Origin: Ruditapes philippinarum
Lineage: Eukaryota
Length of the DNA: 64,000 nucleotides
Assembly: GCF_026571515.1 (NCBI RefSeq)
Contig: NW_026865813.1
Span: 124,001-188,000, forward strand
Direction of reading: 5' to 3'
Numbering within the stretch: position 1 is the stretch's first letter; each line of letters starts with the position of its first letter. The translations under genes and the position numbers were made by a program. The notes under the pieces were generated by a model. The model saw only the letters and a program-made list of their open reading frames with translations. It was not told where the DNA came from and made no database searches. Positions 50,901 to 63,519 of this stretch are shown in pieces.

Positions 50901-52829
50901 GTGGTCTCGGACCAACGGACCACCGCTAATGTCGAGGCCTGATCATGTATAATACTTCAATTCTTTTATTAAATTATCGCAGCATATTTTGACTTATAAA
51001 TCCATCATTTTACACTTGTAATAAATAACTTAATGGGTAAAACTTAAAAAAAGTTAAAACATCATAACATAGCATCTGAGATCTACATGAGTTCAAGTTG
51101 TTTCTCTCCATGCAGCATAATTTGCATGAAATCATTTTTTGAAATAACTTAGAATGCTTTATTGCAGACTGAAGCCAAATTAACGTAACTTTATAATTTT
51201 CAGTTCTAAAACGTGTTTTGTTTTGTTTTTTCAGAGAAAATATCGCTTTCCTGACAATCAACCTTCAACCAGCGTTAACTGAAGATATTGAGGAAATCGA
51301 GCCGTTTGAGGTAAATGAATATTCAATGAATTTTAAATATATATATGTAATAAATAAATTTCGAGAGAGAAATCTCACTTTTTCAAGTACACGTCAGAAT
51401 GGTTATGTTTCAGAAAAGAATGCACATGTTCCTTAATTAAACGCTTTGAATTTACTAAAAATACTAGAAATAATGATAATTGAAATGTAATTAATGATAC
51501 AGATAGTATTTAAAGTTAATTTACTACCGAAAAACGATTTTGTCCCAAAAATAAAATTTGTAATAATAACAATAATAATACTAATAGTTTATTTGTTTAT
51601 AGATAATGGACATGCTAGCAAGAATAGGGGGCCTCTCGGCAATTATTGCTGGGATTTCTGTTATCACGGTTATAGAGATATTATATATAGCGCTGCAAAG
51701 TCTGATCCGATTTATGCGGTATATCCGAAAAAGGTAAAACATCAAGCGTTTTTCTTTGAGTTTTAAATAAAAGTATCAGTTTTGCAAGGTTTAGAAAGAC
51801 CAAACACGAGTTTTATAACTTTCAGGCATGTTAATTAGATGCCGTACCTTTTACCTGAAGTAAGATGTGCTGAATGCAATAAAAGTAGCAAAATGAAAAT
51901 AAAGTTTTACGACTTCCATACAAAATTCTAAATCACTATAACAGTACTAACTGCCAGAAGCAGCAGGTGCAAAGGTTGGTTCTGGCAATTGATCGGTGGT
52001 TAACTATTTGGAAACTAGTAAGACAACAAAACAAGAAAGCTATAAAAGCAGTTCCAGGGTATACTGGGCCTTTAATATTCGAGACATTTACACACTTTAT
52101 AACAATACCTTAATGTGCACGTCTGAATTAAAGTGGTGTTTCAATTCATTGTTTAAATATACTTTGTAAAATTTGAGTGCAACACCTTATCCGATAAATT
52201 CAAAAGCATAATGTTATTCAAAAATATTGTAAATGCATATTTGTTTTACTTTGCGTAGGTCAGGAAGCGTTGCGTCTCAAAAAAGGTTAAGTGACTCAGA
52301 AATAACGTCAATCACTTGGGCAGTGTACCGTCAACGACGTCGATTTGAAGAAGTCAACAAAATGAAAGCTGATAATCTCGCAAACAATGTTGGCGTGAAC
52401 GCTATTGGAGGCAACGTACACGCCCGCATATCAAAGAGAAGTAGCTACGACAGAGAGCCAAATAACGAGCATGTGGTCACTAACAATCATAAACAATATC
52501 GACCAAATGAATATTCTAGAAGATATGATGGGAAGAACCCTTTTTATCAGCCGAGGACACGCGATAGTTTAGTGAAAGACCCTGATTTCCCTAAAGAAAA
52601 CAATGGTGAAAGTTACGCAGTTAATGTAATTCGTCCTCATCGTCCAACTGATTACATTTATGACAGTCGCCCCGATCCCGTTCATACTGGACATGCTTTA
52701 TACAAAAATGGAACTAAATATAAGGAAACCAATGCTGGCGACAGACATCAACCACAGAATGTCTTCCTTTACGATGGTGCCGTGGCTTATTTCAATCCTG
52801 CCAATGTTTCTGAACCAGTCTATTTATAG
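44940..52829 (+). CDS. Divergent DEG/ENaC/ASIC-family channel subunit, ~740 aa, 11 exons
   Basis: Exons 44940-45793, 46244-46317, 47196-47356, 47710-47766, 47987-48095, 48331-48403, 48739-48796, 49252-49310, 51235-51310, 51603-51733, 52259-52829 (2223 nt, continuous frame). Pre-TM1 HG (LDIHG), TM1, LTVCNLN, GNC, EY...GFKVYL, ISPGF, Cys-rich thumb (C..C....V..C.C; C.C...C), S..GWP, RENIA, and TM2 IGG......GISVITVIE. Confidence 0.88.
46406..46569. mobile_element. Small MITE with internal atatcggtccg-type repeats
   Basis: Ends CCCGGCAAACA...TGATTGCTAGG; interior made of direct and inverted (ccgatat/atatcgg) units. Confidence 0.5.
49333..49573. mobile_element. Palindromic MITE (same family as 37811-38053)
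   Basis: ~105-bp inverted arms with high similarity to the first copy. Confidence 0.85.
49669..50941. mobile_element. hAT-like non-autonomous element, ~1.27 kb
   Basis: TIR C(G/A)GGCCTCGACA(C/T)TA; subterminal ggtggtcc/ggacca motifs at both ends. No clean 8-bp TSD. Confidence 0.7.
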
Positions 52830-53559
52830 ATTTATTTTATTTTCTTTAGAATACAATGCAATAACATGAGTAACTATAGTTGTATATTTTAAAGTTTTGA
52901 TCTTTGTAAAACTTTTATCCAACTTTTTGAATCATGGTAAGCGAAAGTGCATAGAACTTCAAACATTATAATAAAACTGGTTCCCTCATATAAGTGCATT
53001 GCTTATCCCACATTGAACCAGGGTCTTTCAAATGTTCTGGTGTGCTGAACATTGTCTCAATTACAGACAGAAAGACCAACCTTCCTGAAAAGATTACATC
53101 CTCTACTGTACTGTATTATAGACCTTCCATTATAGACAAATTCACTTTAATCTACAGAACACTCTCACCCGAGATATAGTTTATTTACTAAATCAATCTC
53201 TAAACCTCAACATACACAACAATAATAATTTTCCACACTCATAATGATCAATCAATAAGTTATATCTATTTACTATTATACTTTACTCATTCTATACTCT
53301 ACTTACGCAAGTTCTTAAAAGAGTTCCATGCAAAGATGATATAATCTGAATTTAATTGGAAAAAGTATTTTTAAGTGCAATTCTAAGCCAGCTTGATTCT
53401 TAGCCTGCTCGGAGTTCATAGAACTTAAATGCTTTTCATTCTTTGGTCATTCTGCACAAAAAATGAATATTCTTGAAAAACAGAATGAGCAAATGATTTG
53501 ATATTTTGTACAAAAGTAATTTGTCCAGACATTAATAAATGTTGAATAATTCTTAAAAA

Positions 53560-54794
53560 ACTAGAAATGTGTCATCATGCCACGGATGCCCCCGCATGCA
53601 GCCAAAATTTCAAATGTTATTATATTTAGTTCCAAATTTGTTTGCACAAATTATTTTTTTCATTCTAAGTTCAAAGCCCTTAAATCTTTTCAATGTTAAC
53701 ACAAACCATTTTTATACAATGTTCAAGGCACTGAAATTATTCAGTCTTAACCTTTTGAATATAGCATATTGCATACTTGTAGCCAAAATAATGGCTATAT
53801 ACATTTCCACAAAAGTATGGTGCTAAAACTGTAAGTTCAAAATTTCAAAGATAAGTTTGTCCAAAATCATTGAACAACGACCAAATTCAAACTTAAACTG
53901 CTTATCCCTAAGATGTATCTATATTATTTTCAAAGTGAAAGGGACATAACTCTGCCAAAAAATCATCGAACCATGACCAAATTCCAACTTGACCTGCGCA
54001 TTCCTTTGACATATCCATATGTCAATTTTGAGTTGAATATGTAACACTGTTGGCTTGATAATGAACAGAAACTGTAAATTTCATATCATTTTCAAAGTGA
54101 AAGGGGCATTACTCTGCCAAAAATCATTGAACCATGACCAAATTCGAACTTGGCCTGCGCATTCCAAAAACATATGCATATGTCAAATTTGAGGTGAATG
54201 TTTAATACTGTTGGGGAGATAATAAACGGAAACTGAAAATTTCATATTATTTTCAAAGTAAAAGGGGCATAACTCTGCCAAAAATCATTGAACCATGACC
54301 AAATTCAAACTTGACCTGTATTTTCTCATGACATATCCATATGTCAAGTTTGAGTGGAATTTGTTGTACCGTTAGGGAGATAATGAACGGAAACTGAAAA
54401 TTTCATATTATTTTCAAAGTAAAAGGGGCATAACTCTGCCAAAAATCATCGAACCATGACCAAATTCGAACTTGACCTGTATTTTCTCATGACATATCTA
54501 TATGTCAAGTTTGAGTTGAATGTGTTGTACCGTTAGGGAGATAATGAACGGAAACTGAAAATTTCATATTATTTTCAAAGTAAAAGGGGCATAACTCTGC
54601 CAAAAATCATCGAACCATGACCAGTTTCGAACTTGACCTGTATTTTCTCATGACATATCCATATGTCAAATTTGAGTTCAATATGTGCAACGGTTATTAA
54701 GATAATGAACGGAAACTGATGATGACGGAAGGACGGAATGACGGAACAGGGTAACACTATATGCCCCTGCCATTATATGGCGGGGGCATAAAAA
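53560..54794 (+). mobile_element. HINE-type element with ~5 repeats of ~161 bp
   Basis: ACTAGA start; subTIR atgcccccgc / gcgggggcat; aaaggggcataactctgcc monomers; (gacggaa)n microsatellite; terminal palindrome. Confidence 0.82.
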
Positions 54795-55502
54795 TTAATT
54801 CATGTCAAAACACCTCAGTGCAGTCCCTTTAAACAGCATTATATTCTCTTTGCACTTGATGGCTCATTCAGTTCACATTATATCAGTGAAAATTTTAAAT
54901 AACAAGAAAGAACTGTCATAAAATTTATTCCTAGCATTATAAAACATTCACCAACAGTTCATACTAACACACATATGATGAAAGCTAGTTAGTATTAACA
55001 CTATCTCTGACAATACAAAGGGTATTTCCCATAAAATTTAATTGCCTAAAAATAACCTGTTATTTCATTTAATATGTAAATAATTACTATGGAAATAATT
55101 TTTTGACATAAATATTCCATTTGTAGGTCTAGACCAATAACTGAAGTGCAAAATTTCAGATCATTCCCTCCGTTTATCCATATTTTTTATAAATGTGGAA
55201 ATGACCAAAAATTTCAAATTGGGCAAAAAATAGCACAAAATACAACTTTTAACTAACTTGTTTTGTAGTATATTTCTTAATAAAAATAATTATCTTTTAC
55301 ACATCTTTCTGTTTTAAGTGTTTATGCTGATATTTGTTTAAATTTTATGCTTTTGGACCTCAGTGGAGTTCCTTTAATTTAAATCTATTTTTCAAAAGTA
55401 CATGTACATATAATGAGATTGGGACACAATGTATAGTCAGAAATCTGTCAATACCGCTGTTATATTAAAATGTAAGTGTCTATATGTTATATGATAATAT
55501 GT

Positions 55503-58500
55503 CTATTTCTTCTTCTTTGGTGTATGTTTAACTTGTACAGGTGCAGCAGCTGCATACTTCACTTGTGATATTTTGTTAATGTAGAACAATGCAACCAGCG
55601 AGAATATCAAACTGGAAAAGAAAAAGAGAAAACCATCTAATGTTAATTTCAAAATATCTTAATTGGAATTTTTTTTTCATACATGTACATACAAACTTAC
55701 TTCAAAATATTTAAATCAATTAGTGAATTTACTATTTGATGCAATAGTTTCAACTTACAATAAATAATAAAGTACACTATCTTTATAGTATTCTTGATGA
55801 ATAAAATTATTTCTTTTATTCCCCTCAAGCACATAATATTTATAAAATTTAAAGTGTGATGTTAATAAAACAATTATTATGTAACAGTCATTTGTAAGCC
55901 CTAAAAAAAACACACACACATAATGGCAGGTGAGCTAAGTATTAAATAAGGTGTTATTACCATAAAGCTTTCTTGGCACTGCTAGGTCTTTGTTTTGTTT
56001 GGTTTTATGGCACACCAACACAATTGAGGTTATATGGCACCAAAGCTGTAGACAATTTTGGCTCACCTCAGGTGTTTCAACACCAAGAGCCAAAACCACT
56101 TCACCTGCTGGAGCTAAGAGATGCGTAGACTCCAGTAATTCGGATATTTAGTCGCCTCTAACAATTACGCCAGGGCATTGTTATGTCAATGCAGTAGTTT
56201 TATTTATACAAATTACATAGCAGTAAAAGCTAAAGTCAACATCTGTGATTTCCTACAGGTACTAAATGTGGGGTTACTTGGTTACAAATGACTGGTACAA
56301 AAAGCATTGGGAAGCCTAGATTGGTCATATTGATGTTAAATCTCTAGCTGAAACAAGATATGTTTGTAAAACATGTATGCTCCCTATCGGCAGCCAATTA
56401 GTCATGTGATCAGGTTATTATGCATGACTTCTGACCCAGTGAACAAACAATTAATAAGGGTTATCTAGTATCTACTGGTCATGACTAGTCGCAAGGTAAT
56501 AATTATTGTGACCCCATAGGTTGTGTGCAGCAATTTAAGTTATTACAAATCTTACCAAATAAAATATGCATAAATTTTATGAATCATGTAGGCCTCATTA
56601 ATGACAGCCAAGTTGTTATATTACATAAGACCTTCAAATGTGTATACCAAAAGCATTTTTAGTTTAATATAAAAATATCAACCAAGGCAACTTGAAACCG
56701 TCATTAAGTACAAGGTCAATATGACATTGACCCCTTGACCCCAAAATCAATAGGGGTCATCTACTGGGAATGACCAATCATCATACCAAGTTTGAAGTTC
56801 CTAGGCCTAAGCGTTCTTTAGTTATTGATCAGAAACTGTTTTTACCTACAAGGTCAATGTGATCTTGATATTTGACCCCTTGACCCCAAAATCAATAGGG
56901 GTCATCTGCTGGTCATGACCAATCATCAAACCAAGTTTGAAGTTTCTAGGCCTAAGCGTTCTTAAGTTATTGATCGGAAACCGTTTTTACCAACAAGGTC
57001 AATGTGACCTTGACCTTTGACCCCAAAATCAAAAGGGGTCATCTACTGGTCATGACCAATCACCATACCAAGTTTGAAGTTCCTAGGCCTAAGCGTTCTT
57101 TAGTTATTGATCGGAAACCTCTTTTACCTACAAGGTCAAAGTGACCTTGACCTTTGACCCCAAAATCAATAGGGGTCATCTACTGGTCATGACCAATCAC
57201 CATACCAAGTTTGAAGTTCCTAGGCCTAAGGGTTTTTTAGTTATCACTCGGAAACCATTTGGTCTACGGACCGACAAATGCAAAGCAATATACCCCCTCT
57301 TCTTTGAAGTGGGGGCATAAAAAGTTCTGATAATTTGTCAGTCAAATACTAATATATTATATTATAAAAGCTTACCATGTTGTTACACACACTCTGTGTA
57401 CTAGACCAGATGAAATCATTGCTACCAAAAGGCTAAATATAACTGAAAACAGAATAAAGTAAATATTTCTTAAAAATGTATTTTGTTGAAGACCATGATT
57501 TAAAAGATGTATCAATACATGCATGATGTGCAATTGCAAATAAGCTTAATGTCTAAAAATATTGTAAAAAATCTGAAAACTCAGTAATAAAACCAACAAC
57601 TCTTCCACATTTTTTGTTATTTTTTTCATGAATGAATCATCAAATAAGCATGTAAGGCTAAAGTTATATTTAAAGCACTGTAGTGTAAACTTATAAAACA
57701 CCTTTCATTTTTATTTGTTTGGGTCGTCAGACCAAACAAATAATGGTAGCGAAATTTCAGAGTCTAATGCTGTTAATTGCAAATGCCGAAAGTAGTTCCC
57801 TTTATATGTACACTAACGCCGAAAAATTCAGGGGAGATCACTGCGTAAAGATGGTCAAAGACAGGCACATTAATTTTCAAGCAAAATAATTCCCGAATGG
57901 TCGAAGATTTCTAATATTGTTTTATTGTATTTTCTGATCGAAAATAAGTAAATACAAAGCGGACAATCTCTGACACAGAAGTTTACGACAAACCTAACAA
58001 CAAGTAGTTCTCAAACAGCTTTAAACTAGCGATTTAAAAAGAAAGAAATATTTTTATTTTGTTACAAGTATCCAACAAATTACAACGCATTCAAAGTTTT
58101 AAAAATAGCGTTGGCTTATAGAATTGTCAATAAATGCACAATCACAAATTACGCGGATGAAATATGATTTTATCAATGAAAATACTATTTTTAGCGATGT
58201 CGATTACCGAATACTACACAAACCGATATAGATTCTACATGTCGGACTGTTTGAGCGAGAAGATTTTCGCTAAATTATTAACTTCAATTTTAAACAAAGG
58301 TTTATCCTGAACAAAAAATACCTCGAAATTAATAAGGATTATAAACCCGAAATGCAATGGAAGTTCTAAATTTAGAATGACTTGATGTTTTCAGACATTG
58401 CTTGTATAACTTCTCCGTGGTGCAGGGTAACGCGCTCGCTTAGTGAGTGAGAGGTCTGGAGTTCAAATCCCAGTCAAGGAAACTTTTTTTTTAATTCTTT

Positions 58501-60486
58501 TTAAGTGTCTTTGTTAAGGAAGTAGCCATGATATGCAAGGATAAAGTGTGGCTGTTGTAAAAAATGAACATAAATGATTTTTTGATGCAACTCTAGTTAT
58601 GCAGAATTCCGTATGTATCAAACTCTGGTGCCTTGCAAAATGAATTATAATACATAAAAATAAACTTATACAGGAAAATACATACAGATATACAGTGCGA
58701 TTTAGATTGCAAAGATCAGAAAAATACCACAGAACTTGCAGCCCTTGATTCTTTATAAAAATATACATGCTTATAGTAAGCTCCAGGATTATTTACATCT
58801 GTGTTAAACAACAGTTAAAGTCGTTACAAGCCCTAATTTAGATCGAATAATATGGTTTTCTTCAGGCCGTACACATATAAATTCACCGTGGCTGAAGGGT
58901 TTTCGCACTCGCTTAGGAAGCGAGAGGTCTGGAGTTTAAATCCCAGTAAAGGCAACTCATTTTTTTCAATTTGTTTAAGTCAAATAATCATTGGATTGAA
59001 TATCAGTGTTGCAATTAGTCTTATAACCAATTTACTACAATTAAAACGCTGGAAAGCATTGGTGGCACTATACATATAATCTCACAACCTGTACCTTTCT
59101 TACATTCTGAGACCCAAACAAATTCAGCGCCTTCTGTGCTTTGATTTTATTCCTTAGCATTTTGCTGTAGGAATCTTTTTACATGCATTTAATTCTTTAC
59201 GCATTCAACAGTTGTACAGTACAGTACTCATTATAATTATTAGTCAATTACCAAGAATATTTTATTCTACACAGCTCATGCAAATGAAGTTTGAAAAATT
59301 ACTGGAAAATATGTATAAAATGTGAGGCAATAGTATATCATAAGAAACATAAATTCATTTATTACCTTCTGGTACTTTGCTATGGAAACCTTCTCCAAAC
59401 ATCAAGCTTTCAAAGTTGTTTACTGCCTATTTTTATAGTCAAGGAAATGCATTTATTAAGAAGTGCATGTACAAGACATACACACTTCTTTCTCCTCTGC
59501 CATATAATAACAAGATTAACCATTAAAATGCAAGATTTTGTAACTTTCTGACGTTTACTTGTGGAGAAAATGATAAAATGATTGAAGTCAAAAAAGTTTA
59601 TGCGATATTAATTGATACAAGACTCACTTTCTGCAGGAAATTTGAAAAGTAATTTTAGGGGGGAAAAATCTGCACAATCAGTTTTGTTTCATTTTCTGAA
59701 TTGACAATGAAATGTGGTTTAACCTTCCTACTTCCTAAGGCTATCATCATAGCTCACCCTTTGAGCATTTCATGCTCAGATGAGCTAAATAGAGAAAAAC
59801 CCAAATGCAAGGAAATTGAAGTAAAATGCTGAAAGGATACAGTTAGAACTAAAATGAAGACAATAGATCCTATGAATCCTCCAACAATGGTCATATATTC
59901 TGCTCCACCAAGTTGCTGTCTAAACATCTGCATACCAGCAAAACATAAAACCATCAAAGTGGTTGACAACATCAGTGAGGCTCCAGTTGATACAGCTGAA
60001 ATATAAGTAAGTATTTTCTTTTATTTTATCATGTCACTATCGTATTAAGTTCCATTGTAGCACTCCCAACTCATTCAACCTATTTGTCTTTTGACATATT
60101 GTCCACAGACAAGTAAACTGCAAAATTTTACTTGCCAATGCCCGAACTTACAATTGTACGATTGGGCAACTCGGACAATTGATTTTGCAAGCGCTGCATA
60201 CCACAGTACAGTGTAGCAATTTGTAAATGAATGTGTGCATAAAACAGATAATTATTGTCTGACAAAGGCCGTGTGATTTCATGTTGAGCGGTTCTGACAC
60301 TCGGGTATCTATAATTTCATTACTTATCCGAAATGCTATTATCCGATTATAGTCCTTTTCCCGTTAATAGTTCTACAAGCTTCATATTATGTATTTTGGC
60401 ATACAATACATGATAGTTCATCAGAGTTTAAATTTATAAGGAAAATAAACAAGTAAACAATAAATGTTAAAGCATTATTTACCCAT
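55503..60486 (-). CDS. KRTCAP2: Keratinocyte-associated protein 2 (KCP2, OST complex subunit), 131 aa, 5 exons
   Basis: Exons 60486-60483, 59995-59841, 59426-59366, 57442-57376, 55611-55503. They give MAVSTGASLMLS...FAGMQMFRQQL..E.MTI.GG..GS..F...LTAVNNFE...FG.GF.SK.PE...[27 protein letters not shown]...PKKKK*, with a C-terminal dilysine ER-retrieval signal. Confidence 0.95.
56352..57322 (+). mobile_element. HINE-type element with four ~137-145-bp repeats
   Basis: AACAAGA start; tgaccttgacctttgacccc monomers related to 1741-3131; terminal atacccc...ggggcat palindrome. Confidence 0.75.
58411..58492 (+). pseudogene. tRNA-Pro-like sequence 1 with oligo-T terminator
   Basis: CTCGCTTAGTGAGTGAGAGGTCTGGAGTTCAAATCCCAG resembles the tRNA-Pro anticodon and T arms. 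The acceptor stem is poor; T9 follows. Confidence 0.6.
58882..58967 (+). pseudogene. tRNA-Pro(AGG)-like sequence 2 with oligo-T terminator
   Basis: Perfect CTCGC-TTAGGAA-GCGAG anticodon arm, then AGGTC..GAGTTTAAATCCCAG; T7 follows. Confidence 0.6.
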
Positions 60487-60701
60487 TTTGTCGATATTTC
60501 TTTCTTTTCGGCAAATTGCCACTTGTTTCCGGTAGGGATAAATTTCTGACGAATTCTGTCTGATGAAAACGAAATATGTCAGACTTCTTCAGGTTGAATA
60601 CCGCTAAATACTATTCCTTCCAACTTGTTCACACCTAGACTATAGTCTATAAACTTTATTTGAAAGTATAAATTGAAACACTTCGTCAATTATGAGTTCT
60701 T

Positions 60702-60976
60702 CCCTCACCGCTGTAGGTTCGATCCTCACTCGGGTCGAAATCTTTCATGTGAGGAAGCCATCCAGCTGGCTTACGGAAGGTCGGTGGTTCTACCCGGGTG
60801 CCCGCTCGTGCCTGAAATAATGCCCGGAGGGGCACCTGGGGTCTTCCTCCACCAATAAAGCTGGATAAAAAATCGACGAAAAAATCTCGGCGGGACGCTC
60901 TAGGATGGCCCGACTTGACTGTACGGTCGCCCATATGGGCTTTCCGGCGGCGACCTTAAATAAACGCATTAAAAAA
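60702..60976 (+). mobile_element. 5'-truncated SINE (family B) with 14-bp TSD
   Basis: B box GGTTCGATCC, family B body, A-tail, and TSD AATTATGAGTTCTT at 60688-60701 and 60977-60990. Confidence 0.85.
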
Positions 60977-62370
60977 AATTATGAGTTCTTTTCTCGTTGA
61001 AAAAACCATTAAAACAGAGGTTATTGTTTGTATAACGAGTACCGAATGTACCTATTTAACATATGTTACATTCGTTACTCGTTATCTTTTCCGGAAACAC
61101 TATGATATTTAACAATCGAATTTAATTATAAAAAACATACAATTATAATCAAATCCTAAAATTGTCAACAGGTATGTCATTTTAACTTTCAGTTTCTAAT
61201 ATCATATGATATTATTATTAGCCAAAATGATATTTATTACTTTTACAACTTTTGATTTACTTAATTTAAACCGACATTTCAACGATATCATGAAATAATC
61301 TTACACAAAGAAACAAATCTCAACATTTACTTACAAAGAAAATTGGGGGAAAACCTTTCAGAAAGGAGATTGCGTTTTATATATGACTATTCTTCAGATT
61401 CATACGATGATTTAGTAAAAAGCTCCAATATCTTAATGTTAAAAGAATCAAAATTGTTGCTTAGAAACTTTTTAAATATTCAGTAAACAGGAACCAAGTT
61501 CATGATCGTGTTAACTTTTAATACTCGAAATATTAGTTAAGATGTTCAAACAATGTAGATATCCAACAGTCTCGAAATGAAAAGTATGTAAAAATATCCT
61601 TTTGCGACTCGGGGGAGGGAGTCGGGGGTGGGGGCAGTTTGTGCAACATATTCAGGCAGTGCTTATCTTACAACCAGTTCAAGTTTCATTTATTCTAATA
61701 CATGTATTAAATGATAATTATGAAACATTACTATATGCAAGAACCTTTGCAAGTTTATACACGTACCTACCTGTTTCAAAATATAGTCTGATATATTCTG
61801 ACTGTATAAATTACCTGAAATAATTACAAGTATACGATTTGTTTACAGGAGCTGTGGAAGCTTGCCATTGAGTATTACATATTTTGCTGTATAAATGTGT
61901 CTTCAAAAGGAAGTGTAGACTGCATATAGACAGACCCTGGACATATCGCCAGTCATGCATTAGAATTATTTTAAGCACGAAGATATATGTGATTTTCCAC
62001 AGGGAATTAGCCAAAGACAAACTAAGGTCTCTGTCCAGCGAGCAATGAACACCTATACGTACATGTAATCTCGTCGTCAAAGTCTACTTTATAGGACCAC
62101 CTCCCTCGATTATGGTCATGGCATCGGTTGTTCGTCCGCAGAACGTTCGGTTTTCATTTTCGTCGTGCGTGGTTCTTCAGACCTTCTGCCTTCTGCTGAT
62201 ACCCTATGCGAAGGCGTTATACACTTAAAAACTGTTATGCATTGATTACAATGTATATTTTCTAATCCATCTATACCAGATATTGACTTGTTTATATTAG
62301 TACAGGCAAAAAAAATCTGGAAACAAAGTGATCCCTCTGAAGCATTAATCACAACAAAATTACATGAAAA

Positions 62371-62518
62371 TTGCAGACTCTGTTTGATTGAGTCTGTACA
62401 TGAGGGATAATTAATGAATAAGTGCAACATTCCTCACGCCTCCTAGCACCGGCTTGAGCGGTACTCAATTCTCAACACTTAATAGCGCTTGCATCAATGA
62501 ACCCGAAGGACCAGAAAA
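62371..62518 (-). repeat. Dispersed ~145-bp element with two conserved hairpins (copy 2)
   Basis: Reverse-strand homologue of 38646-38791. Confidence 0.75.
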
Positions 62519-63519
62519 TATGACAACACTGAAGTTCAACACAAGTATGGTAATTGAAGATGAAGAATCTTTTATTTCAAAATTAACTCCAAAAGAGTTG
62601 CATGTATAATACAAGCTTTCATGATATACACAATTACATGTATGCATCATAAAAGCTTGTATATGACTATTATGTAAATTATCATGACTGTTTAGTAAAG
62701 TGTCATAAATGCAGACTTCTAAATTGATGACTGACTGTAGTATGATACAGCATATTGGAGTCTTCATCATCATATCACACCAACCTTTCAACGTCAGTAC
62801 ATCTTATAGTTGTACACCTTAAGCACCATCAGTGCTTTGTCTTAAAAAAGATAAATTGCTTTGGTTTATAACATAGTTTCAGTAGATTAAGAAATAGACT
62901 TGAAGCAAACACTTACAGAAGTCATCCAGTTTGTAGCGTTAGCTGTAGTTCTCAAATTGAGCATTACTAAAATTTCTAAATGTATATTCTTAAAGGTTGA
63001 GAAAATATTTATTTATCATTTATGAAATAAATAAATAAATAAAATAAAAGAAAAGAAAATAGTTAGATTGTTTAATGTAACAATCATCGGTGTAGCAGTC
63101 ATATGTTTTACATATCTTTATTTATTTATAAGTATTAGTAATATTTTCAGGATACTAAAATAGTTTTCACTAAATTTTATGTTCTCAGCTCATTAGATTT
63201 TATGTTAAAGCGCAAAACTTTTCACCACGTTTCGTTTGAAACAGTGTGCACGAACGTACACACGCACGCACACGGGGGCGCGCACACACATATGCATATG
63301 TTCCGCAGCATTGGTATTTAATTCCTTCATTTTGTCTTGTGTGGCATGGGTGTGCGTCGTTAATTGAATACAGCAATGCTGTTAATTGTCTTCATGCAAA
63401 CTTGAACTCTTGAACTTTTGAAATTTATGCATTGTTAAAAATTGAGTTTACAACATTTTATAAAAATTATACTGATCTTATTCCCATATATCCTCGCCTA
63501 AGGTTCTGTAATACATGTA

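Larger units (their letters stand above)
57711..59146. mobile_element. Helentron/HINE-like element carrying two tRNA-like units
   Basis: Left palindrome TTATTTGTTTGGGTC-gtca-GACCAAACAAATAA. The right end has the inverted subTIR (tctgagacccaaacaaat) followed by the hairpin AGCGC-cttct-GTGCT-ttga. Confidence 0.65.

Noticed and set aside
51494-51766. ORF-track 90-aa membrane peptide
   Set aside because: Wrong frame; the real exon 51603-51733 encodes channel TM2.
61811-62791. Cluster of 89-108 aa ORFs as a gene
   Set aside because: I could not build a consistent spliced frame or find a motif. Part of it is the dispersed hairpin repeat.
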